This document shows, piece by piece, positions 35,376-46,452 of a stretch of DNA of 64,000 nt. Numbering within the stretch: position 1 is the stretch's first letter; the number at the start of each line of letters is the position of its first letter. Below the pieces are notes generated by a model that did no database searches, had not been told where the DNA came from, and saw nothing but the letters and a program-made list of their open reading frames with translations. The position numbers and the translations under genes were made by a program. Source of the stretch: Mytilus californianus (Eukaryota); the NCBI RefSeq assembly GCF_021869535.1, contig NW_026262734.1:40088487-40152486 (forward strand), in the 5' to 3' direction.

Positions 35376-37030
35376 AGTAACTTCCCTCTTGGAACACCGG
35401 TTCTTGGAATACAACTTTAAAAAGAGTAACTCGAATAATTCAGCGCCCTCTATCCACTACTGTTTTTGAAGGCAATGGAGTGATCGTAGTGATCGGAATA
35501 TAACGACTGGATTATTCGGGATAAAAAAGAGTGGACCACAGTGTCTCCATTATTACTTTAAAGCGTCATTTCGGTTTAAATTTTATAAAACTATCTTGTG
35601 AAAATTTCGGCAAAATTTGAATTTGGTATTTTCCCTATAAAAACAAAGATGTTATAATGTCATCATTTATTTCAACTACTAACTGAAATTGATTCCTTTT
35701 TTGTCCACCGCGCAACGCATTGCGTGGGACATAGAAATACCGGGCGTCCGTACGTCCTGTCTTGTTAGCGCCATAACGTGTACAATTCTTGTCCGATTTT
35801 TTTGACAATTATATCATAGGTTTATATCAGCAATGTATTGCACAAGTTCGAAAATCAGTGCCGATCATTTATTTTTAAAAGAGTTATGCCCTTGGAAACA
35901 TTAATTGTATGGAAAATTGCATCGTTAGCGCTCTCATTTGTACAATTCTTGCCAGATTTTTATGAAACTTATATCATAGGTTTATATGAGCAATGTCTCG
36001 AACGAGTTTGCAAATCAGTGCCGATCAATTATTCTTAAAAGAGTTATGCCCTTTGGAAACATTAATTATATGGAAAATTGCTTCGTTAGAGCTCTCATTT
36101 GTACAATTCTTGCTAGAATTTTATGAAACTTATATCATAGGTTTATATTAGCAATGTCTTTGACAAGTCCGAAAATCAGTGACGATCAATAATTTCTAAA
36201 AGAGTTATGCCCCTTGGAAATAGTAATTATTTGGAAAATTGCCTTATGAGCTCTCTAACGGTGAACAATTCTTGCCAGATTTTTATGAAATTTATATTTT
36301 AGGTTTATATCATCAATGTCTTTGACGAGTTCAAAAATCAGTGCCGAACAATTAATTTTAAAAGAGTTAGGCCCTTGGAAATAATGATTATATGGAAAAT
36401 TACATTGTCAGCGTTCTCATGTGTACAATTATTGCAAGAATTTTATGAAACTCATATCATAGGTTTATATCAGAAAGTAACTTCCCTCTTGGAACAAAAC
36501 TTTAAAACGAGTAACTCGAATAATTCAGCGACATCTATCCACTACTGTTTCTGGAGATAATGGAGTAATCGTAGTGATCGGAATTTAATGACTGGATTAT
36601 TCGGGTTAATAAAAAAGTGGACCACAGTGTCTCCATTATTACTTTAAAGCGTCATTTGGGAGTAATTTTATAAAACTATTTTGTGAAAATTTCGGCAAAA
36701 TTTGAGTTTGGTATTTTCCCTATAAAAACAAAGATGTTTTAATGTCATCAGTTATTTCAACCACTAACTGAAATTAATTCCTTTTTTGTCCCCCGCGCAA
36801 CGCGTTGCGGGGACATAGAAATACCGGGCGTCCGTCCGGACTTGTTAGCGCTCTCATTTGTACAATTCTTGCCAGATTTTTATGAAACTTATATCATAGG
36901 TTTATATGAGTAATGTCTTGGACGAGTTCGAAAATCAGTGCCGATCAATTATTTTTAAAAGAGTTATGGCCCTTGGAAACATTAATTATATGGAAAATTG
37001 TATCGTTAGCGTTTCTTTTAAAAAAAACTC
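35376..37030. repeat. Composite repeat: [~420-bp leader + ~160-bp tandem array x5] followed by [second leader copy (36473-36845) + 1.3 array units]
   Basis: Leader copies 35376-35795 and 36473-36845 are ~90% identical. Array units are spaced 160-170 bp apart (the ATATCATAGGTTTATAT landmark sits at 35811, 35971, 36132, 36294 and 36464). Each leader ends in a hairpin-forming palindrome, GTCCCCCGCGCAACGCGTTGCGGGGAC at ~36788. Confidence 0.85.
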
Positions 37031-37710
37031 CAATCTTACCTTTGCTCTTCGTTGAGTATTTAATATTTGAAAAAAGGAATAAAAGTGACATTCATTACAA
37101 AAAAAAATATATTGGAAGTAAAGCTGTAAATTGTTTTTGTTTTCAAAAATAATTGAATTTGGGTTCATGTCGTATTGACCTGACTCCAACTCTCAAGTAA
37201 AAGATAAAACAGTCAAGCCTTAAAAGGTAATTTCAAATGGTAACTGTATACAATTTTCTATCTACAACTAAAATCCAACAGTGCAAGAATCTGCACATAA
37301 TAACACATTTTCAAAAAATGTGTTTTAAGATCTTCATTACCTCATTCTATTACAGTTAATTATTTCAAATCAAAAGCAAAAATAGACTCAGCAAAACATA
37401 TTTGGTGACCAGTCAGCGGTCTCGGGTTCACTTATTGCTTTTCGTTTTAAAAAGCAAAAATATAATTGAATTTGGGTTGCTGTCGTATTAACCTGACTCC
37501 AACTCTCATTTTATTCATACTGATATTAGTATACTATAATACAAAGCGTTACATGCCTTCATCAATAAACTGACTGATACGAATTGAAGGAATTATTCCT
37601 TTTGGAACCCTACATTTTATGTATAGCAGATGGACAATTCCGTAAATTTAAACAAAATTTCAATAGTCGAACAACCTCTGTGATTACGGACATTATTTCA
37701 TATACATGTA

Positions 37711-38760
37711 CAGTGATTTTAAACGTGCAGAAAGACATACTCATTTGATTATTGTGACAGATGATGTAGTCTATTTTTTAAATTTTCAGTTTTGTATACA
37801 GCTTTCATTACTTTGTATAAATGAAATTTGTATACAGATGTCATTACTTAAATCGATTAATCAGAAAGCGTTCATGTATTCATTCACTTACTCATAACAA
37901 TATTGTATTTCAACGCTCTAACATTTTGATTGTCTCCGAGAACAGGTAATGCAATTATATATTCTTTTGAACATTTTTTCTGTTTTTGAAATTAGAAAAT
38001 GTAAAGTGTACATATACTTCGAACGCACCGATTATTCTTATTCTGTGTTTGCAAAGGCGGGATGCCTTTTTAACATAATTTTTTCAAATACAGTGATTTT
38101 TAACGTGTAGAAAGACATACTCATTTTTGTAACAGATAATAGTCTTTTTTTTCAATGTTCAATTTTGTATACAGCTGTCATTACTTAAATCGATTAATCA
38201 GCAAGCGTTCATGTATTCATTTACTTGCTCATAACAATACTGTATTTCAACGCTCTAACATTTTGATTGTCTCCGAGAACAGGTAATGCAATTATATATT
38301 CTTTTGAACATTTTTTCTGTTTTTGAAATTAGAAAATGTAAAGTGTACATATATTTCGAACGCACCGATTATTCTTATTTTGTGTTTGCAAAGGCGGATG
38401 CCTTTTCAACATAATTTTTTCAAGTACAGTGATTTTAAACGTGTAGAAAGACATGCTCATTTTTGTAACAGATGATGTAGTTTTTTTTCTTTCAATGTTC
38501 AGTTTTGCATACAGCTGTCATTACCTAAATCGATTAGTCAGCAATTGTTCATGTATTCATTTACTTGATCATAACAATATTGTCTTTGAACGCTCTAACA
38601 TGTTGATTGTCTCCGAGAACAGGTAATGCAATTATATGTTCTTTCGAACATTTTTTTTCAAATTAGAAAATTTAAAGTGTACATATCCTTCGAATGCACC
38701 GATCATTATTATTCTGTGTTTGCAAAGGCGGGATGCCTTCTTAACATAATGTTTTTTGTC
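37711..38760. repeat. Tandem array, 3 units of ~336-380 bp, preceded by leader 37541-37710; a solo leader+unit copy lies at 19997-20400
   Basis: Unit start CAGTGATTTTAAACGTG(C/T)AGAAAGACAT at 37711, 38091 and 38427. The leader GTTACATGCCTTCATCAATAAACTGAC... is shared by 19997 and 37547. Confidence 0.85.
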
Positions 38761-41556
38761 AAACTGCTTTTTTTTTATCAAAGTTTAAAGTTGTGTGTCC
38801 CGAAAATACCCCTCCTCAAAAAAGGATTAAAGGTCTGTACCTAATATATTATGTTTGCGTTACATTCTGCTTCTGTTGAATGTGACGGGTGTTTGAGCAT
38901 ACTGTCTTTAAATTTGAAATCGATGTTCATTTTCTATAAATGTTTATAAAATATTGAAATATTCAAAGCAATTATGTTTTTCTATCAATAGGCATAGACT
39001 GCCTTAGCCGTGTTTGGCACAACTTCGAAGTTTTCAGTTTTGGTTGCTCTTCAAATTCGGCATTTCAACTGATCGTAATGAAGCTATGTGGATAAATTTA
39101 TCAGTTTTCAAGAGCTAAATTGACAGCGCGTCATCCCTACGTCATCCCTACGATGGCTTCCATTTTCAAGATTAAAAAAATAGGTGGCGTTATGGGGAAG
39201 ATAATTTTGTTGAAGTAGAATCCTTACTGATTCTTGTTTACAGAAATATAAACACACTACACACTAAGATCTGATACTGTTCATATGTGCAATATGACAA
39301 CGTAAACATTCTTGTCTAAATTGATTTTGGAAATACGAATTGCTCTTGATTTGGATTAATATGTAACGATAAATGATAATTTTCAATTAAATCGGTGAGA
39401 TCATTAACTCCACAAAATTTCAATACACACAATTTCATTTAATGTTCATCTTAAAGGCTATCTTTTTAGGATGTGTTTTATTTAATCGTAGTCTTTCAGA
39501 TACATGTATCATGTTAATCTATTTTTCGATTGAGCTAATAGAAAATATGCAGCTTGACACTTTTCAAATGAGAATTTTTCTTTCTGCAAGAATACATGAA
39601 GTGCAGGCTAAAAGTTTACAGGCATATATGGTTGTTATAATGTAAATTATTTCCCAACATTTAATAGGATTTTTTCAGAGTAAACAAAGGACAAACAAAT
39701 TCAATACCTAATTATGTTCAGCTACACATCTTTATTAAATTAATTTGGTTTCAAGATAAATTGTCATACAGTTACATCTGACTAGTTCCTGAGTATTATT
39801 GTGTTAATTGCCTTCATAATTAAAAGAATTTCTACCAATGGTCTAAATTTATTTAAGGCTAGAAATGTTTCGAACAAACTAACTGCTCCAAATATTCTGA
39901 TTAAGAATTTATGCCGAATTTTTTATCCCAAGATCCCACAAAATATCGACCTCCACTCTCCCCATTTTTGGTTGAAATTTAAAATAAATTATGTCACGTT
40001 GCAATATGATAATTGTACGAGGGCTTGTCACTAGTGGGGAACGTGTCCATGTCTCCTTACTTGCATGCATTCGTCTATAGGTTATATTCATATCATCAGG
40101 TGCAAAAATATCTACCACAATGAAAAGTTATAAAAACAGGAAATGTAATAAGTCAATTTAGTACGATTCTTAATGTCACAAATAACTATATCTATTTCCT
40201 AGACTGTGTAATATTTCGGTCAAGGATTGGTCTTCTCATCATAGGTAACGGCGTTAGGCTTTTTTTTTTATGTCTAGGCCTTTTACTCGCAGTTTTTAAG
40301 TAAGCTGGTCAAGTTATTACATAAAAAAACTCCTTTTTAACATGTGATCTATCTCTGCTTCTCCGCATTGACTTTCCTGAAACAAAAATGCAAGAATATC
40401 TCCTTTTGGCAAAATGTACTGAAATATGTATTTCGCTTTCGCAGACAGCAAATCATATAAAAATGTGAATAAATTAATTTTATCATTAAACGGTCATAAA
40501 TTATTGATCTGGTCATTGCCTATATATAAAATAAGTGACAAAATGACCATTATGATAAATCAATGAGGTCATTATAGTGTTAATTAACATTTGAAGACAA
40601 CACGATCTGACCAATTTTTACGGTTAACTGAACGAGACAATACTTTTCATTGTGTCAGTTTTCTTACTTTCCAAAAAGAAAACGCCACAATTCCAACCTG
40701 GAAAAGTTAACTTTTGAGTTTTTATATAAAAAAGAAGATTTTGTCTATTAAGGAAAATTAATAATAATAATAATTAAACCTGTTATTCTTCGAAAGGTAA
40801 GTTTTATAATTCAAATTAATATCTACTTGTATTTTTTACATTTTACAGCATATTTCTGTACTTCTTTTTATATTGAGTCTTTTAATTAATTCCTTACGTC
40901 GATTTTATTGACGCCATTTTATATTATACTAGTACAGTTGGTTTAATTCTTAAACATTAAGTGTAATAACAGTAAGTATAACTATTCTCTGAAAGTCAGA
41001 CAAATATTTAACCTTTATTTAAAACAAATAAACAAAGCTGGATTTTTTTGGTACAAAAGTGTCTCTGAACACGTGACTTTTAAAACGGCGAAGGATGTTC
41101 TGATTGTATGGTCATGATTCAACAAATGTATGTAAAAGACAAGATCAAGCCATAAAAAGTGCTTTTCACGTAACTAAATGTCACAAATCTACTTTTTATT
41201 AGCATACAATACACAAATAACAAAAACAGTGTTGCAAATTAATTGTTTTATTGCCATATATGAGGATCTGGATGGGGTTTCTTCATTTCTGTATTCTTTA
41301 ATTGCTAATGCCATTTTTTTCTATTCTTTAATTTTTTTTTTGTATAAAATTCTCCTTTCTCTATACTTGAACACCACATTATTTTCTTTTCTTTTTGCCT
41401 ATTTTTCTCTAAATTCTTAATTTTTGGCCCTTTGATTCTCTATGTCTGCCCATTATTCTCTTTTCTGTAAAACCCATACAAACCCTCATATATTTTGTCA
41501 AATCATATCAACCTGACCATCTTAGATAACATATAATATTTATTTACAGAGTCAAG

Positions 41557-41614
41557 ATGTTGTTTACTTTATTTGCCATTGTCTCTTCTTTGGTTATATT
41601 CAACAAAGTACATG
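41557..41614 (+). CDS. Exon 1 (signal peptide MLFTLFAIVSSLVIFNKVH-G) of the VWA + chitin-binding protein gene
   Basis: An ATG is followed by 19 mostly hydrophobic residues and a GTAAGT donor in phase 1. This phase matches the acceptor (tttgtag|CC) of the VWA exon 2.09 kb downstream. The link is inferred from phase and signal-peptide logic only. Confidence 0.5.
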
Positions 41615-43382
41615 GTAAGTGTTAAATTATTATACTTTAAAATTTTGCATGATTTGCTTCCACAACAACCAAACGAAAGGAAAGGAAAAATATTATCATT
41701 ATGGTTTGAAATTAAGGTGGTACCCAACACCTTGACTAATATTCATTTGGCTCGTTTAATTTTCATAAAATTTTGACAAAATGTTTACTTTGACCCTTTG
41801 ACAAAAATATAATCAAAGTACTGAAGTACTGAACATCGGATGACCACAAGTTCTTGAGGATGGTCAAAAGCACTTGTCTCAGAAAAAAACAACATATCTC
41901 TTTACCTGAAACTGAGGTTAATGTACAGAGATATATTTTTTTCTGAGACAAGTTCGTGCGTGGATGATGAATAAATTACAGGAAATTCAACTTCACCGTA
42001 ATAACTATTATATTGTAGTGATACAAATCAGTATACATGGTGGACACTTTTCTGTAAAAATTCGATTTTTCTAAGATTGGATACGAGTAGGCATTCATAT
42101 TTTCCCGCAATAACAATTACAGAGTTACCGGTCCTCGCAAAAAGTTCTCTGAGATATTCTTCCGCATGCTTTAACACAATTTTTCGGTACGTCTGCATTG
42201 ATATTATCAATGATTTTTTACTTATATATATATATCTAACTACAAAACATTTTCATATTATTAATTTATGTTGTAAACAAAAATATTTTTATCAGTATTC
42301 ATTGAAGAGATGTATTTATATCAAACGATAAGGAATGTTATTTTGCATTCGTTTATGTGCGCATATTTATCATGTTTATAGATCGGTTACAAACCCAAAA
42401 CTAATTTACATAATGGAAATCTAGGCGATAGCAATACATCTGAATGACCCCAAGGTCATCTCGATGTAAAAATTTCAAAAAATTTGAACCAACCACTTTA
42501 TCAGAAAAATTTCATTGGTTATATAGCAGTTTGACAAATACTAATTTTGATCATTGAGAAGCTTAATATTTCCTACAACAATACAACGTGATTAAAACGT
42601 TTAGCTGATTTTTACAGAGTTATCTCCCTGTAGTGTTAGGTACCACCTTAAATTAGACAAACGTATAAAACCAGAAGCATTTGTATTATCTTATCATGGT
42701 TTTTATATGGTATTTATGAGTTTATATACACGAAAACTCTTGCAATTGTGTAGTTTACAGAAAATAAGTTACCTGTTATAACGTCATCTGTCATAAAAAC
42801 CCTTTTCATGATGTCACATGTGGGCAAGAGAAACCAGATAACTGCATGGACATTTGACGACATAGCTGAAAACATGGAAATCCTAAATTGAACATAAAAT
42901 GAAAGAAAACCTGATCGACAAAAGCATGAATCGGTCATGAATAAGACAACACAAACACAAATATGCCATTGAGACAGAAACCCCAAAATACGATATCATT
43001 TTACAGAGTAAATAAAAGATGTCTAACTAGATAACCTTGACGTACTCCAATTCATTGGTTACAACATAGTACAATGCTGTATTATACTCGTAATTGGTAT
43101 TGTAAAAGATACAAGTTGACAAAGCCTTTATAAGTCAAATATTTCAAACTTAGCAAAATTGGTCGCATTATTTCAAGAACAGGATGAAATTTGACATTAT
43201 ATTAAAATATGAGCTCTGCCTTCAGACTTTAATAACCAATTTCATAATCAGCTTTATATTGTAAAATATCAAGTGTTTAAATTTAATCATATGCAATTGT
43301 CGTATATTCTTCCCTGACATTTCAATGAAAATAACACGTTTTACCTTTGGTGGCTCCGAAGCTCTATTCTAATTAACCTTCA

Positions 43383-43442
43383 TCAGCAATGCTCAAATCA
43401 CCCCCCCCCCCCTCCCTTCCCCCCCCCCCCCCCCCAAAAAAA
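43383..43442. repeat. Homopolymer tract: poly-C (with CTCCCTTCC interruption) followed by poly-A
   Basis: Direct reading. Lies ~115 bp upstream of the VWA exon acceptor, within intron 1. Confidence 0.9.
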
Positions 43443-43705
43443 AGAAGGATGTATAAGTACTTAAATAGATGAGAAGCTATATAACCAAAACGGGCTTCAA
43501 AAGAATAGCTAAATCCTTCTCTGGTCAATTAGAAGGAGTTTGAACCTAAGTTTCTTAATAATTTCTACATTTATCAAAGGAGAATGTAAGAAAGTACTGT
43601 TATAAATCATGTCAGTACCGAAGTCAAAAAGTATCGTCGCCAGAAGTCAATTTTAGATGCTGGAAATTTAATTAACATCCCATATTGCTATATTTCTATT
43701 TGTAG

Positions 43706-44305
43706 CCGATTGTGGAGGGAAGGCTGATATAATATTTGCTATTCCTGGGAACAATGAAATTCCTGGAGAAGAATTCTTTCCGTTTGAAAGATTCTTAACA
43801 ATGCTTGTAGATTATTTTAAAATCGACAGAGACAATGTAAATATTGGTCTTATATTATATGGAAGAGAACCCGTGGCAATCAGTTGGCCGCAACCAATGA
43901 AAGACCAAACACAAACCAATACGAGAGTAAGCCTACTTGCGGAAAGAGAATTATACAATGGTAAACTTAAAGGCAGAGCAGATGTAAAGGGGGCACTTAA
44001 TTTAATGAGACAAATGTTCAGAAATCCATCAGGTTATCATCATCTGCAGTTATCTCGACCTGATACCAAACAGATTGGAGTGATGTTCACGCATGGTTCA
44101 GTTCAGACAAATATCAGTCAAGATGTGATCACAGCTGCAAACCAGTTTAAGGAAGCAGGGATCGAAATGTATTCAGTAGGAAACATGCCAAATGGTGAAT
44201 GGTATTCAGAGATAGCCTCTCATAAATGTAAAATTTTATCCGTGGAAAGTTACTCTGAGGGTTTAAAAGGCCTACTTCCTTATATAGGGAGCAGTATATG
44301 TACAG
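43706..44305 (+). CDS. Exon 2: von Willebrand factor type A domain (ADCGGKADIIFAIPGNNEIPGEEFFPFERFLTMLVDYFKIDRDNVNIGLILYGREPVAIS...VMFTHGSVQTNISQDVITAANQFKEAGIEMYSVGNMPNGEWYSEIAS...)
   Basis: Uninterrupted 200-codon reading frame bounded by acceptor tatttgtag| and donor G|gttagt. It has the VWA hallmark layout: a beta-strand entering the DxSxS position, an LYG segment, a TDG-like segment and a final amphipathic helix. Confidence 0.85.
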
Positions 44306-44959
44306 GTTAGTTTTATATATATACCCATATAACAACAATCAACATACTTTTCGTACTATAATCTTTAAAGCCTAATTCAAGCATCTGATACAACTCCCTT
44401 TTGTTTTTTGCTATGAATTAGTATCTTAATCTTTTTTCGTTCATCATCGGAACTTTCCATCCGATTGGTTCATTGTGTTTGATGTTTTTCTTTTAATCCA
44501 CATAGTTCCTGATAATTTATATGCAGCAAATTCATAAACAAAAACTAAATTTCAAAATAAATACACCTTGAAGTCTATTATGTATGTAATTCCCTTGTTT
44601 TACTTGAAATGACATGCTTCATACCAAACAACGAAAATACGACACAAAGTAGAACAACGGTCTTCAAAATAATACATGTATATATGAACTAACGAGTGAA
44701 CAACGCAAAGCCTACCAAAAGCCGGTGTGATCTCATTTTATCCGAAAGTGTATGCAGATTTTGCTCCACATTTGACAACCGTTGTTTTTGCTCATAGTAA
44801 AATGAATATAAAACATACAATTGTTTCATATAAAAATCTGTACATAGGAAAATTCCCCCCTTTAAATCAGACTGAAAAAAAGGTGAATTGCATATATACT
44901 TGATTCCAATTGATACATTTTTCTTTATTCCATTTACTGATGCATTATTGTCCTTTCAG

Positions 44960-45004
44960 CAATAGAAAATGTTGTAAATGTTACAGATGACAATTGTTTT
45001 CCAA
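44960..45004 (+). CDS. Exon 3: 45-nt symmetric micro-exon ((A)IENVVNVTDDNCFP), possibly a cassette
   Basis: cctttcag|CAATAG...TCCAA|gtaagt. It is phase 1 in and phase 1 out, with length divisible by 3. Skipping it also keeps exons 2 and 4 in frame (G+AA=E). Confidence 0.5.
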
Positions 45005-46084
45005 GTAAGTAAAGCATGGTAGACATTTACCCTCAAAGACAGCAAAGGGATAAAGGAAAATCAAACTTGTGCCCCTATAAATTGTTTGAAAAAATATACA
45101 GTTTAAAGTTAACTATTGATATAGTAACATGTTACAGATTGCATATATATATCAGTTACATACATAAGTTAGATTATTACTATACAAATAGATAAATGAT
45201 TTTGGAAACTTTAAATGTACGCTCTTGTAACGCAATTATGAAAGATCGATCTTACCTCAAAATGACAGGAATACAAAAATCCACAATCCACTCTCTTTTA
45301 TCAATTTTTTTAATCCTATTTCAATTTGTTCAGTCGTCCTGAGCATGCATGAAATATTTGCCACTGGACGTTAAGCAAACAACAATCTATTTGTTCAGGA
45401 AAAACATAAATTCACCATTGATGTCAGAGAAACTCTGATTTGTCCACAACGTATGATTAACGCTGAAAATAAACTTATCATAGATACATGTACCAGGCTT
45501 AAAATTTTTTACGCCATGAACACGCGCGTTTTGTTCTGCAAAATACTCATCAGTTTCGGTAGAATAAAAGAAAGTTAAACATGGCCAAATAAAGTACGAT
45601 GTTGACGAGCATTGAAGACCCAAAATTCCGAAATGTTTTGCCAAATACATTCCTGGGGTAAACAAATCCTTAGTATTTCGAAAAATTCAATTTTTTTAAA
45701 CACTTAATTCATAATCATGACCATATAAAAAAGGAATAGAAAGGGTTGTTGATTTTTCGGTGCTATTTCAGGAAATTTTGGCTAACATTCAGGATTCTTG
45801 ACGCAATAACATTAACGATACCAATGTTTCTGCACCAGATGCGCATTTCGACAATAAATGTCTCTTCAGTGATGCTCGAGACCAAAATATTTATGTGTAG
45901 CGTGTGCCAAAATAACTTTTCGTTAAAATATAATTTACGAAGAAATGTGCGATAAAAGCATAATAGCTTGATGAATAAACCGGTTATACTCAAGGAATTG
46001 AAATGCAACCGTTGTCTTTTACATAAACAGATAAACCAATATCATCTTTACGATATGTTTTTATCAAATGTTTGTTCTTTTCAG

Positions 46085-46452
46085 AATTTTGGAAGCCCAG
46101 TCCAAACCCGCCAGTTACTTGCCCCTCTCTGAATGCAATATTTCAGGATCCTTATAATTGTGCCTATTTATTCAAATGTGATATGAATATTCCTGTTCGT
46201 GAAAGATGCCCAACAGGAATGCTCTTTGACAACTCGATCAAAGCTTGCAATCATAAAGATGCCGTTCCGTGTTACTCGATGATAACATGTCCGAATCATA
46301 CAGGTCTTTTTCCGCATCCAGAAGCCTGCAATAAATTCTTGAATTGTTTCGACAACATTCCATATGTACAAAAGTGCCCGTCTAACTTGTATTTTAACAA
46401 TGAAACCAAAATCTGCGATGAGGAGTACAAAGTTAATTGCACGTTTCATTGA
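46085..46452 (+). CDS. Exon 4: two tandem peritrophin-A / chitin-binding type-2 (CBM14) domains, TGA stop at 46450-46452
   Basis: Acceptor ttcttttcag|AATTTT. Two 6-Cys modules with CBM14 spacing: CPSLNAIFQDPYNCAYLFKCDMNIPVRERCPTGMLFDNSIKACNHKDAVPC and CPNHTGLFPHPEACNKFLNCFDNIPYVQKCPSNLYFNNETKICDEEYKVNC. AATAAA motifs follow at ~46526 and ~46621. Confidence 0.88.

Noticed and set aside
45387-46008. Minus-strand ORFs 45387-45665 and 45763-46008 between exons 3 and 4 of the VWA-CBM gene
   Set aside because: They are intronic, antisense to the gene, have no recognisable domains, and partly overlap the dispersed ~100-bp element.
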